DNA of 64,000 nt from Lama guanicoe. Taxonomy: Eukaryota. The DNA lies in NCBI GenBank assembly GCA_013239625.1, contig MU054187.1, positions 18,902,711 to 18,966,710 of the forward strand, written 5' to 3'. Made by a program: the position numbers and the translations under genes. Of this stretch, positions 12,301-25,844 are shown piece by piece (within the stretch, counting starts at the first letter, position 1; every line of letters starts with the position of its first letter). The notes beneath the pieces are model-generated. The model saw only the letters and a list, made by a program, of their open reading frames with translations. It made no database searches and was not told where the DNA came from.

Positions 12301-14314
12301 CAAAGACAGTCTTCTTGGCTTGTGTCCGAGCAGTTAGTGAGAGGATGATACATAAAATGGTCTCAAGATAATTGTAGAATTTTTTTTAAAATGGTTTTAA
12401 GAGAGAACTAATACAGAACTGATTCTCAGAGAGGGTAGTACAATGACTACAGTCACTTTTGGATTCCAGGGCTCCTCAACTTTCATGTCAGTATTTTCCC
12501 TGCAACAAAAAATATATTTAACATTTGGGAAAACTTGGAAACTAGAGACTACAAAGTATATTCAGATAAAACTGGCACATAGCCTGAGCTCAAAATTACT
12601 TGAATGAACGATTATTTTAAAACATCAACATTTTTAAGACTTTGCTAGTATCTAATGGCATGTAGCTATCAAGCTAATTTTGTTTAGAAGTAATTTGTGT
12701 TGTGCAGTGCTTAGGGTAATTGGGGTAACACTGAGCCCTTGGGACCCGTTCCCCCACCAACCAGGAGGACGTGATCAAACCCAACCGTTGGCAATTACTA
12801 CCATAGAGATCCCAGTGCAAGTGGGCTTCTGTGTTCAGTTTTTTTTTTTTTACCTATACCATCTCTGTAGCTCAGAATACTTAAGTGACGAGATTAAGTA
12901 CAGCCTGTGTTCTCGTGTTATACACTTGGATTTTGTGAGCACCTGGATTCCTAAACTGAGATGGTGGCGTTTACATAGAGACATGGGTAATTCTCCAGAG
13001 CAGGTTCTAGCACACAAATTTTTCAAGTAATTGTTACCTAAATCATTAAAACAATTAGCTCCTTCCAAAGAACAGCAATTATAATTGGATCAGCCTCCAA
13101 GAGTACTAAGCCAGAGCCTTACACTTCTCATCTGCGGCAAAGGAAGTATGAAGAAATATTTTATGAACTATTGTAGTAAGTAAGCAACTAGAGTTTTTTA
13201 TATGTAGGTATAGTTTTTCTTTGATTAGTAGTCTTAAATTTGCCTCCTTGTAAGATTTTATTTCATAGATTTAAAGATGTTTGTTAGAATCCTACATTGG
13301 ACTTCAGGTAGGGGTTTTTTTTAGCAATTAATCATCCTAAACTTACGCTCTGATTGTGCCTTCTGAAGGTTGCTGACTCTGGCACCCTCGTCTGTTTCCT
13401 TCTTTGTTAGCACCGTAACTTACCCCACACTCAAAATGTGAGCTCCTGTTTCAGTCCACGGCCTCCTTTTCCTCTTTGGTCTACATGTGATAAACTGGTA
13501 TGTTGAATACCAGTCTGTGATGGATGGTGGGATCACGCTGTATGTTCTGTTCTCTCTTACTCGGCTACAATCCACTTGGGATGGGAAAAGATGCAGAGTT
13601 AGACAATCAGGGAGCTTTATCAGAAAAGTCCTTCCATTTCAGCAGTTTTAAAAAGCAAGAGAGGTGGAGGGGTAGGATGGCTAAAAATATTTTAAAATAT
13701 ATAAAATGGCACAGATTAAGTTAGAATAATGCATAAACAGCACTTTACATTGTCCCTCTTCAACGTAATAAAAGGAGAAGGAATACTTTCACCTTGAAAA
13801 CGTATTGCCTCCTAGATGCCTCTCAGTTCTCTGTCAGCTGTATCGGGCAGGTCTTGGGATTAGAGGAGCCCTTCTTAGACTCTTGTGTACTCGGAAGCTG
13901 ACTCCTTAATAGCGTCTACCTCCTGTTTGGGGGGCCTAGGTGATGAAGGGACATTGACCTAGAGGGGCCTACCTAGCCAATAAAGCAGTTCAGTAGACTT
14001 GCAGGAACTTGAGCTAATGTTCATTCACATATTTTTTGAATAGGGAAAGAAAAACACCTCAAAGGATGAAGTCAACATCTTTCTGTAATGTAACCCCCAT
14101 CCCCAGTTATTCTGAAGGGAAATGATAGCCTAAGATCTTTGCTCGATTTTGATGTGCACTTTTTAGCATAGCGCATTTACATCTCACTAAAATTAATCTC
14201 AATATCAAATATCTAGTCAGCGTTCAAAATTCCAATCATCTCATTCATGCTCCATGTATATATGTATTTTATATGTTTTTTACAACTTGCTTTTCAGTCA
14301 GGATTCTAATTATA

Positions 14315-14515
14315 ATGAAAGTCAGCAAACTTTTTCTGGATAGGACAAATAGTAAATGATTTTGGCTCTGTGGGCCATGTAAGGTCTCCATCACAATTAG
14401 TCAAGTTTGCTGTTTGAACACTGAAACAGCCATACACAAAATGTAAACAGTGTGGCTGTGTTATGATAAAGCTCAAAAAATGAGGCAGCAGGCTGTAGCT
14501 GGTGAACTCCAGACC
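14315..14515 (+). mobile_element. MER58A-like hAT-Charlie MITE
   Basis: gtcagcaaacttttttctg...atagtaaat...ggctctgtgggccat...ggctgtagctggtgaactcc pattern. Confidence 0.7.
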
Positions 14516-17500
14516 TGTAAGTTCTCACTCTGTCCCCGTACCACCCCCAATTTATGCGTGCACACGACTTTAGTTTTTCCAATACATACATTGAAGTAGA
14601 TGTGCCTTCTTACCGACAATGAATTACCTCCTTTCCAGGATGACAAATCTTAAGTAGCAACAATATATGATACTTCGGTGGCACCATTTTAGCTGAATAG
14701 GATACCATCTTGGCTGTGATTTAACAATAAGAACTTAACAGGAGGAATTCAACTAAATGCCGTATTCCAGTGCACAGTGTTCCCTCCCCCGTCCCCCAGT
14801 TCCTAAATGAGGGAAATAAAGAATACAACCAATTCAGAAATACATTCAGAACTTTAAGGGAAGACTTCAACTTGCTGATGAAAAAGATGTGCCTTTCTAA
14901 TTTTAGACCCTTCTTTGCCACTTCCTCCTAGCTTTATCCTATGTTAAAAATATTTTATATCAGACCTCAACCTTAATTGAACGCTATGACATTTTCTTTC
15001 CACAACCTTTAGAATGTAAACTATGTGGGAGTCTTTCGTTAATATCAACATTTATAAAAGGTGTCAGTAAATGAGACCTGTCGGTCATCTTGGACACAGC
15101 TTGAAAATGCTAAACTTGTGAGTAATTTGAGGTAAATTTCAGGTCTCTGACCTGAAAGAGACTTTCTATCAAGCCCCTGAAGAAAATTCTCCAAACTGAA
15201 TCAGAAGCCTATGTCATTGTTTCAAACACACTTGATTCCTCATTGTAAGCCCCACTGACGACAATCTTGTGGTCTTTGTGTTGCTCAGTCTCTTATAGTA
15301 GTGGACTCAAGTACATGTCAATGAACAAAATACTGAGCACAATTCTTCACAAAGTTTCTATTAAAACACAGTTTCAACATTGATCTAAAATACTTCCAAG
15401 AGTTGTTCCCTATAATTAAGGTTAAAATTAATCAAAACAGATGGTCTGATTCTAAGGGACTTAGGAAAAGTTTTGTTGCTTTTGTCTCTAAGGTGGTACT
15501 GTTCCATCAGGAGTGTCATATATATTCAGGAAGGACGTGTGATGGAATTCTGAGAAGACAGTCACTTGAGAATACAGCAAGGTTCCTCTCTGCACACCCC
15601 ATTCATTCTTCAACCCATTGCCCCCTAGAATTGCCACTTCAATATTTGAATGAAACCACCCTTTTAAGGTCACTAATGACTAGTTGCCAAATCTTCACCT
15701 CTAGCATTTGATACTGTTAGTGACTCACTTCCTTCACACAACCCTCCTCTTACTTGACCCTGTAAAGATCGGTTTTCTTTCAGTTCTTTACTGAGCACTC
15801 TCCCGGTGTTCTTTCCCTTGGTGTCCTTAGTCAGTCCCAGATGGTCACAGTGACTTAACCCTTGGTGAATTTCATCCCTGACCTCTCCAGAGCTAACAAA
15901 TATTTGTTGTAATGGCACCATGCATTGTTTAACGCACAAAAGATTTATGATCACATCCTAATTGGAGTCATTGTTCTTTAACTCCTCATGGATGACCTCA
16001 AGGGTCTTTGCATTTACATTTTAGTGTATGGAGCCTCACTGTGAGCTGATATTGCATAGCAGAGTTACCTTCACAAAAATCAGTCTTGATTTTTATCAGC
16101 TATCTAATGCGTGCCACCACTATTGGATGAACTGGTGTCTAGCTGGCTTTACTGTGTCCTGTCAGCATGTCTGTATCTCTGTTCGCTGTACAGATTAATA
16201 AAATCTTTGAACTAAAGGAAACTGAAGGACAGCTACATGTGTTTATCCAATTTCTGCTTGAACTCATCGCATCAATGTTCATCTCCAGCTCATATGGCAG
16301 CTGTGTTCGCTTGAAATCCTTCTGCTAAACTGAGCTGAGCTGAAATCTGCTTATTCCATCTCTCAAGTGTTGCACAGATTCGCATCCTCCCACATAATGG
16401 TCTACGGAACTGTGGGAATTGGAAAGGGGGGTACACTGTATTTGAGGAGTACTTAGGGCCTTAAATTTTTTCTGTTTCTAGAAAACAGTATTCTATGTTT
16501 TCATTCTTGCACGTATAATATCAGAAATCCATACTGTTCACCCTTTTCCAGTTTAATGTTTCACTATTCATTTTAAGTCTGAGAATCAAATATTTAATAT
16601 GAAAAACTGATGCCCAAAACATAGAAATCACCTAGAAGTACTTTTTTTAAAGTAGAATATTAATTTGCTGGCACTGCTATATAATACTTAACATAAGATT
16701 AAATTTGCTTCTCCAAGATTAGATTAAGTTTGCAGCTTGATATAAAAATTTAAATTTGCTTAATCCTAGGCTTTCAAGAATTTCATAATTAATTGATTCC
16801 TTAATGCAGTATAATTTTAACATGTATAAATTTAATGATTCACCTCCCTTTGGAAAATATATTACAAGGAAGATGTGAGTTATTTTTTCCTTTAATTGCA
16901 TTTTAGATCATACTGTAAAAGAAGTGAAATATTTCATCTTTATTAAATTCTTATAAAATTTCAGGTCCCTCAGGCTCAAACCATTCCTCTCCTTAAGCAG
17001 CAGGATAGATTTACAATTATGACTGCTTTGTTATTTCCATACTTAGTTTGCAAAGATTCTTGAGTACAGTCCTAGTGCATTTATGTCTCTAAGAGAGAAG
17101 AACGAGCATATTGTCTTCATTAGGTAGCCAGTTTAAGTCCTAAACATTACGGACTGCTCATTGGCATAATAGGTCTTGATATTTGAGCTTTCAAAATATG
17201 TCGGGAAATTCCATAAAAATAGTTACCCCGAACGCATTTTGTAACATTGATCGCATGCTATTGGAAAGTTACCAGCATATCCTTCATCTTGTCTCAGCAC
17301 AAAATCCGAGAATTTGCGAGCTGAGAATCCCAGGACATTTTGCCTGTGTAGGTGATGAATTTCATTGCCATTTTCAGCCACTTATGGATATGAGAAGAAA
17401 AAAGAGGGATGTTTTTACTCTTCACACATTTATTGCATCATGCCAGTTTGTTATAATTTTATGTGTTATGTGAGCAATTTCTTTATAGTATTGTGACTAA

Positions 17501-18770
17501 TCTAGACCTCAGAATAGTCTTTCTTTATTTTGGAAACTAAGCTTAAATGATACAGATGTAATATTTTTTGCAAGCAAAAAAATGAGTAAATTTGCATTAG
17601 CTGGTTTGCCACTGTAAAAGTCCATTTTCTGCACATATAGTGGAAGTGAAGTGACTTGAAAAATTAGATTTGGGAATGTTTCCAGTATATCATACTGCCA
17701 TTAATGTTCAGCTTTTTAATAGAATTTTTTTCTTATATTGTCACCTTTATTAACATAATTCATCATTAAGAGATGATTGAGGCAACTGCATAGGCAAAAT
17801 CTGGCATGTTGAACATCCTGAAAAACACTGTCAGGTTTATTTTTTAGCCACGTGTACACACAGAAAGCAAACCTTCATTATGCCATTAAAGAGAAACTGT
17901 AAGCAATTGAAACTAAAGATTAATGTACTATGTAATTGAGTCTCATTGTAATAATTTAAGTGTGTTCAAAATATTTTCATTGTGGGATTAGTATTAGAAT
18001 CTGGTATATATTTAAGGCCTTTAATATTTTAATTTTAGAGTTGAAAGCTTTCCAAAGCTTCTAAAAAAGTAAAGTTATAACTCATTTATGCAGCTCTCTC
18101 ATTTATGGACATTGGAGAAGGGACTTATGTAAGTCTTATGAGGCAAAATACACTGAAAAGAGGATCCCTCAAGCAAAAGTTTTCATGATCTGTAGGTGTG
18201 ATTTAGAAAGGTTTCAGAATAAACTACAGAATTTCATATGAACTTCACTTGTTTGAGCAGGTAAACTTGGTGGATAATTAATGTTTTCCTTTAATACGTC
18301 CAGTCCATTTGGTGTATTGGATAATTACCATCATTCAGATCATGTATATTTCTTTAGCTCTATTAGAGATGCTTTGTTCCTTCTTCAGTAAGCACTGATC
18401 CAATATATGCTGTGTTTTCTACAGTGACTAATTAGTGCAAGCTATTCAAACACTTCACGGCATTTTTATTTTAAAATCCATTCCATCCTTAAAGAGAAAA
18501 TATACTTTAGAGGATAATTTCTAGAAACAATGTTCATTTTTAATAAATAATCTAATTAACTTATTTATAATATGAATTATAATAGTGAGCGTTTTGTTTG
18601 AACATTTCTTCCCGTGTTCACATTTGTGCTTGACAGGGATTCCACACTCTCTCCACCTTCACTCTTTAGAGTTCCTACTTTTTGCCCCTTGCTAACCTTC
18701 TTTGGCTGACTCTGGGGATTCATTTTTATCTAGCTAAATTCGTTTAAGTAGATCTAGCCAAATTAGCCAT

Positions 18771-18931
18771 GTTTTTTGTTGTTTTTAAAAATTTTTTTCA
18801 TTATTATTTTTTTGTTTTGGCGGTGGGGAAGTAATTAGGCTTATTTATTTTTAGAGGAGGTACTGGGGATTGAACCCAGGACCTTATGCATGCTAAGCAT
18901 GCGCTCTACCACTCAAGCTATACCCTCCCCA
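18771..18931 (-). mobile_element. tRNA-derived SINE (Vic-1-like)
   Basis: ggggattgaacccaggacc...gcgctctaccactcaagctataccctcccc; TSD agccatgttttt. Confidence 0.88.
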
Positions 18932-19539
18932 CCAGCCATGTTTTAGATATAAATACAAAGCTAAGGATCCAATTTATCCTCAAACTAACTTAAAGTGAAT
19001 TTTAATCCTATTTTATTTGCCAAAAAAATCAATTACAAATTTTTAATAGTAACCAGGTACATTTACTACTACTTGACTTTGAATACCTTAGTTCCAGGAA
19101 CAGTTTCAGCCTCGTGTCCTTCTCTCTGCCTTAAATTTGGCCATTTTGCCCTAACTATGACCTTTCTTATTTAAGCCTAACTGGCTAACAAATGCAGAGC
19201 AAACCTCAAAAGAGAAGCATTGTTTTCACTTCTAAATAACCTTCTTCAGGGATTTTCAAACTGTGCTCTGTGATCCTAGGAGTCTTTGAAGATGCCTCTC
19301 TGGGTGTGGGGTTAGCTGGCACAGGGTAGATGGGGCCTGGGCCTTGGCCAAACCTCTACAACAGCTTCACTTTTGTCTTATTTGTTATGCTTTCAGGGCC
19401 CAGCACTTAAAAAAAAAAATTAAACACAGACTTAATTTAAGAACATTTATGGATAATAATAATAGTAATAGTCGTTTTCGTTTCCAGAGTGCCAGATTCT
19501 GCTTTAAGTATTTTCTAACATTAATCCATTAATCCTTAA

Positions 19540-19670
19540 AAAAAAGAACCCTATAAGATTAAGCATTTTTATTATTCCAATTTTACAAATGGGGAAGCTG
19601 AGACTTAAGGAGATTAAATAACTTGCCCATGGGGTCATAGCTACTGACAGACTGACTCAAATCTGGGTGT
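19540..19670 (-). mobile_element. MIR fragment
   Basis: attattccaattttacaaatggggaagctgagacttaaggagattaaataacttgccc core. Confidence 0.7.
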
Positions 19671-21942
19671 GCCAATTAATGTCTCAGTTTGAGCCAGGAC
19701 TGGCAAATTCAAGGTAAGTGTGCCACCGCCCTGTATGCCCACACTTGAGGTAGACTGAGCTAACGGCTAAAAATAGCGTTTCTCACTGATCACCAACACA
19801 GACTTAGAATCCTCCCCACTGCGGGCAGCCACTCCTAACCCCCTGGGGTTCGCATCCTAGGTGAGACTACTCTTCTTGCCCTACTTTAAGGTGAGAGATC
19901 CGTGACCTGACACTTCTGATTAGAAAGCCTCCTCCAAGTCTCAGAGTGTTGCCAATTGCTCGTTTGGATATCGGCAGTAGAAAAACCCCAACTTATCTTT
20001 AATCCTAGATGTAATTTTTCATGATGGAGCAAGCCATTTTATGAACAAAATTCCCTAACTGTATTCTCCTCTTTCTCGCCACTTCTAATAGAGGATGCTT
20101 GTTTCTGTCTTTATATATTTGTAGTTTGTAAAAATTTATAAGTTGATAATTATAAACATTATACAACCCTCATAAGCAGAACAGCTAGGTTTTTTAAGCT
20201 TCTCTTTTGAGTGCCTACTAGAACAGAGACCTAAAGTAATTTATATTCTGAGCCTAATATTTTAGGTGTGGGGTGGAGGTGGTGAGGGAGAGGGTGGAGA
20301 ACTTACGCTTGAGGTAATTCTGCCAGTTTCCATATTGTAGAGTGGAGAATTCAGTGGTTTGAATAACCTTCACTATTTCCACTCCCAGCATGCTCTGCCC
20401 AGGAATGTCATAGCCACAGGACTGGGTGAATGCCCAAACATTTAAAAAAGGAACACAACACACCCAACCCCCAGCCGATTTCTCAGTTGTTCTTGCCAGG
20501 AGGTAACCAGTAGTTCCTGTGCTGTGCCCATTCTTACCAAGGAAAGCTAGGTGCAATTAAACCTTTTTTCCCTTTTAGGTGCAAGACTTTTTAAATGACT
20601 CATAGTAGTTTCTGCTCAAGGCATGTCAAAGAGGCCCAAGGCTATGTTTAGGAACTTGCTATGAATTACCTGTCAGTTCCAACCAACTTTTCTGATACAG
20701 TATATATGGAGAGTCAGAAGCAAGTTATTTATAATTTTCAATACACACAAAAAACCTTGTCGTTTTTGTTGTCCTAAACTGGTACTGAAATCTATATTTC
20801 CTTATATGGGTGGACATCTCTTCTGGGAAATTATTTAACATTCATTTAACATACACCTTAGTGTACTGGAATGATCTTCATGTGACCATTGTGATGGAAC
20901 CCATTATATCCTTGTTCATGAAAATGTATGAATATGTCTTAAAGTGTTCTCTATATGAATAAAAAGTTTCTTTCTAAAAGCTATTTCTGATGCATTCTCT
21001 TTCCACTTATTTGTAAAATTAGAAATTGCTGGGCAGTGCTATGGGGAATGAATCAGAGTGACTGGGTTCAGTGACACTTGGATGATGCCACTAACTAGGA
21101 AGTTACTTGAAAAAGTGCTGATGAGGGTGTTGGAAAATTCTATGGTTGCCGTGTATGGTGAGCTCCATGTGCCTCTTTCTCATGGTTTTTGCTTTGGTCA
21201 GATGAGAGAATGAAATAGCCAGTGTAAGTTGTCCTATTCCTAGCTGATCGGGGCTTGCTAAAAAAGACAACCAAAGCCATTAATTCCATTACATGAAAGA
21301 GTTTTAATTAGGAACAGTAGCCCACGCGAAGCAGAGATTAAAAAGCTGACCAAACAACTATGTGATTCTAAGATTCCCAGAAATGTGGAAAAGAACATTA
21401 TAACTAAGACTGGAGATGATTTCAGGGTTGTATTAAGTGGTGATCGATAGCAGTTAGGGTTTGGTGAGTAAGGTTTAGTTATGTGTGTTTCTTTCAAAAG
21501 CTTGTTCCCCTTGATATTTGTAAGTCACTATTAAAGCATCTAAGCCTAAACATTAAAAGTTAAAGTTTTTTTTAAAGTAAACAGACAATTGCACTTACCT
21601 GATGCTATCACATACTAACTGCATGAAAAATGTTCCACAGAAATAAAAAGTCCTTTTGAATGTTAATTTGCAAACGTATGTGTCAATGGCAAATACCATG
21701 AGCTACAAATTGAATACAGTTCTTTTTTTTCTTAATGATTTATTAGGATGTTTATGATCTAGGCTTAATATGAACACTAAAAACTCTATACTACTTTAAC
21801 AACTGAAATTAAAATGTACTGGTAAGATCAGAATACTTTCATCTTGTGGATTAATAGAAGGCCATTACTTTTTTGGGAAAAAATATAACATATACAGAAA
21901 AAATAGTCATAGATAAAGTTCTTCTTTAAAAAGCTATTGCTA

Positions 21943-22100
21943 GGGAACTATAGTCAATATCTTGTAGTAACTGACAGTTAAAAAGAATATGAAGATGAAT
22001 ATATGTATGTTCCTATATGACCAGAAAGTGACACAACATTGTAAACTGACTATACTTCAATAAAAATATATTTCAAAAATAAATAACACTTGTGAAAAAA
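21943..22100 (+). mobile_element. Short L1 3'-end fragment
   Basis: gggaactata...acacaacattgtaaactgactatacttcaataaaaa; flanking near-duplicate aaaa(t)gctatt(g/a)cta. Confidence 0.75.
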
Positions 22101-23498
22101 ATGCTATTACTAAAAAAATTTTTTTAAACCTTCCAGTAAAACTTCTGGCCCACAATTTATTTATTGGATAGCTGTCATCAGTATAGTGCTATGATAATAG
22201 CACTTGCCATCAAAATGTCATTTATATGGGAAATAAACATACAAAAATAATGTAATGTAACTAGTTTTCAAACAGAAATTAAAACATTCTAGACAATAGG
22301 TGTTATTTTCAAAAATTATAAAATCCTAAGTATGAGGTGAATTGAGATGCCTGGGACAAGTAGAAGAGGCTCTCTGGAAAGCAATTTAGTAGCATGTGTC
22401 AGGAGTCACTGAAAAATGTCCATGCCCTCAAAACACATTCCTAGAAAACCATTCCATGGCAGAGATGATTTGTATGCAAGTTTGTGTTTTCAAAGTGTTG
22501 TTTATAAGAGAAAAATAAAACTAAGCTATGTTTCTAATAACGTAAAAGTAAATTATGGTAGCTTCTCACTCTGTTGGGTATTCATTAATAATATTTTCAA
22601 AGAACATATGATATGATAGATTGTCTTATCGAAATATTAGGAAAAAAGACACAAACTGTAAAATGCTTCCAATTTTATGTAAAAAATAAACACACCAAAA
22701 TGTTAATTTTTAGGAAGTTTTTTACCCTTTATTATATTTTCCAAATTTTCTTCAATAAACATTTATTTTTATCAGAAAACTATGTGGTAAAAATTTAAGA
22801 ATCAAAGCATTTCTTATTATTTTAGGAAATAAATATCATTTACATTTCATGATTTATGAAAATGGTATTATTTGGTTGATTAGTTGGTTGATGTCTTCTC
22901 CTTTGCTTTATTTCTTTTTCCAAATAATCCTTTTTTCTGATTATAAGAGTAATAACATTAATTTTAAAAATATATGAAAATATGGAAAAGTAGGAGTAAA
23001 TAAAAGAAATATGAAAAAATTTTTTAATCCATAGTCCTACCAACCAGAGATAGTCATTGTTAACATTTATTGTATGTTCTTCCAAATAATGTTTATGCAG
23101 ATATGTCTATATCCTGGGCTTGTTTTCAGGGATATACACTGATAAATAACTGTATCAGTTATTTACAACTGGCAACAGTTCTGGCGGTTCTCTGTCCATG
23201 CCTACAAGTGGCAAAATATGTTGACTATCACTCTTTTGCAATCTATCAATCAATCAATCAACTTGGTTGATCCATTTCCATGTTTAAAAAAATGTGGTCA
23301 TATTGCATATTCTCTTTTAAAATACGCCCTTTTTTCATTTAACAATATAGTAACACCTTTTTATGTTAATAAACATGTGGGTCTACTTCATTACTTTCGC
23401 AACTGCATTATTTGATTGTATGCTTAGAAAGACCTCTCCACTTCAAAATCGTTAAAATATCCATCGCCATTGCTTTCCAGTTAAGCTTATCTGAAGCT

Positions 23499-23881
23499 TA
23501 GTGGTCAGCAAACATTTTCTGTAAAGGGTCAGATAGTAAAGATCTTTGGCTTTGTGAGCCATACATACTGTTCTGTCACAACTGCTCAGCTCTGCCTTGT
23601 AGTGGGAAAGCAGGCACAGACAAACTAATGGGTGTGTTCCACTACAATTTTATTTATGCACACTGAAATGTGATTTTATATCATTTTCATATGTCATGAA
23701 AACATTTTTTCAACCACTAAATTTTAATTTATGCACACTGAATTGAGATTTCATAGAATTTTCATATGTCATGAAAAATTCTTTTTCAACCATTTAAAAC
23801 TGTAAAATCATTCTCCTGCTTCCTCAATTGCCAGTCCTGCAGAAACAGGTGGCAGGTCCAGATTTGCATCTGCTAAATCCT
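23499..23881 (+). mobile_element. MER58B-like hAT-Charlie element with internal ~77-bp tandem duplication
   Basis: tagtggtcagcaaacattttctgtaaagggtcagatagtaaa start; degenerate 8-bp TSD ctgaagct/ctctagct; duplicated unit at ~23650-23795. Confidence 0.8.
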
Positions 23882-24409
23882 CTCTAGCTGAATCTTCTGC
23901 TCCACAGCTTTCATCTCCTGCTATGAAGTATATCAGTGTCACACCAAAATTTTCTTTAGTTAGATGCTAATCTTCTTGGAAAATGTTCTTTTGACGGTAC
24001 AGAGAATCCATAAGGAATAAAGCAAAAAAATTATACCTCTGACTTAGCTTGCTTTTTCTGTCCAAAACCTAAAATCACAAAATTCAGAGCTAGAATGAAA
24101 ATCTTCATTTCTATTTTAAAATAACAACTATTCCACTTTTCCCGGAAACTGAACATGTTCACTGAATGCACAAGTGTATTTTATAAATTCCTTTTCTTTC
24201 TTTGCAAAAATTTCCCATTGATTTTATCCTTTTACTGAGACAAAACTGAGTTGATACTGAAGAAGACTTACCTCGGTGTTGTCCCGTCGAAGCCACAATC
24301 TGTGGCTTCGTTATATAGGCTTCTTTTTTATAGTCCGCACTGTGTAAGTACTGCTAGTTCTTAACTGACTGCTACAAAGAAATACTGCGTATTGGTAGTC
24401 ACTAGGTAT

Positions 24410-24620
24410 TTAGAAATGCTTTGTTTGCCAGGTACTCTCCTAAGGACCTAATAGACATTATCTCATTTAATCATCATATAAATCTTTGTGGGGTAGGGAT
24501 TTAGGTCCATTTCACAGATTAAAGAACTACAGCTCAGAAAGGTAAATAACCTGCCAGCTAGCAAGTGCAGGATCAGAATTTAAACTTAGATTTTTGAGTT
24601 TTTAAAGCCACAAACGCTCT
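24410..24620 (-). mobile_element. MIR fragment
   Basis: tttgccaggtactctcctaagg...catttcacagattaaagaactacagctcagaaaggtaaataacctgcc. Confidence 0.65.
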
Positions 24621-25844
24621 AGAGCAGTATTGGCCTGCATTCTTGTAGTTTATTTGCCACCCTGATGAAACATATTTTTCGTATTCAATAAAAATCCTGT
24701 TTAAAAAAAAAAACCTTGTTAGTGGTTCGTTTGATGTAATTGTGCAGGCCTGCCTCTCCAAGAGCCATCTCCCACCTAGAAAAGAATTACAAGTTGGTTG
24801 GCCATCAAGGTCAGAGGCGTCGAATGAATTAAGCCCAGCAAATTAATTACATTAAAAAAAAAACCATCAGTGGACAGAGGAATGTTTTTCTGTGACACAG
24901 TAAATACACAAACACTTTTAAACATTGTTTTATTTATTACCTTACCTTTTTGCTTTTTAGATTTTTAACATAAATGTACAGACCATTTTCAACATGGTCA
25001 AATCATTTTTATTTTCTTTATGGTTTCTGCCTTCCCCAATGCAAATTTATCCAAATAGTCATCTAGTCTACTTTCAATATTTCTCTTAAAGTAAACCAGT
25101 CTCTAAGTTATTTGTGAGATTGCTTGGTGATTTCTTTAAAAGAATTCCATGTCAGAGGATCCAAGTTTAGCATGCTTTTGCCTTCATTTTATCCCAACAA
25201 TTTAGATAACAATTTTACAATCACATTCTCTTCCTGGTTACAAGTCTTGATACCTGAATTGATTATGCTCAAATTCAAATTCATGTTTGAACAGATTCAG
25301 TTATCTTTGAAATTGTGCTTCATCAGTTGCAGAGAAACCCATAAACTGTGGAAGAGTGTTCCTTTTCCTTGAGATTAATCTCAGATTACTCTCTAAATTA
25401 TTAGCTCAAATCTTAAATGATTTCTTAAATGGTCTCTTATTAATTCCCCACAAAAGATTAAATTTAATTCAGAAACTGCCCATTGTATTACTTATTTGTA
25501 ACACTGTGACACACAAATGGATAATGTATTTCCTGCTTGTGGAGTACTGGCTAAATTTCAATCTCTCTGAAAGATCCACTATGTTCTTTATCTTTTCTTG
25601 TGATTGCGATTTATAGTCCACCAAATGAGCTCTATTTGTTTGCAGCTATAAACTGGCCATTAGAACTTCATAGTAATTTTTTTTAATGTTTTTTGATTCC
25701 ACAGAATTCCTCTGGGTTCCACAGCCTTCCTATTCTGCTCAAAGTGAAATGCTACTGAGTGGCATATACAGTTAATCTCATTTACATTTCTTGTTATGTG
25801 TTTTTTTCTGATTAGAAGTGCAAAGCCATAAGATTTTAAAGTAA

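Larger units (their letters stand above)
11279..21740 (+). pseudogene. Candidate decayed multi-exon protein-coding gene B (unidentified family)
   Basis: Exon-like segments at 11279-12059, 12221-12269, 12871-13175, ~14800-15420, 16965-~17351, ~17575-17834, 18039-18260, 20579-, ~20780-20925, 21023-21463, ~21585-21735. AG/GT signals, several phase-compatible junctions, protein-like frames with sparse stops. Confidence 0.6.

Noticed and set aside
14900..18490. Minus-strand protein-like frames (e.g. SLENFLQGLDRKSLSGQRPEIYLKLL; VAENGNEIHHLHRQ)
   Set aside because: The plus strand gives better phase-compatible splice chains; antisense frames of former coding DNA are often open.
21599..21618. Minus-strand 20-nt microexon with perfect CAG|gtaagt donor
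   Set aside because: Lies within a better plus-strand frame of candidate gene B and does not chain convincingly to neighbours; may be chance, or a lncRNA exon only.
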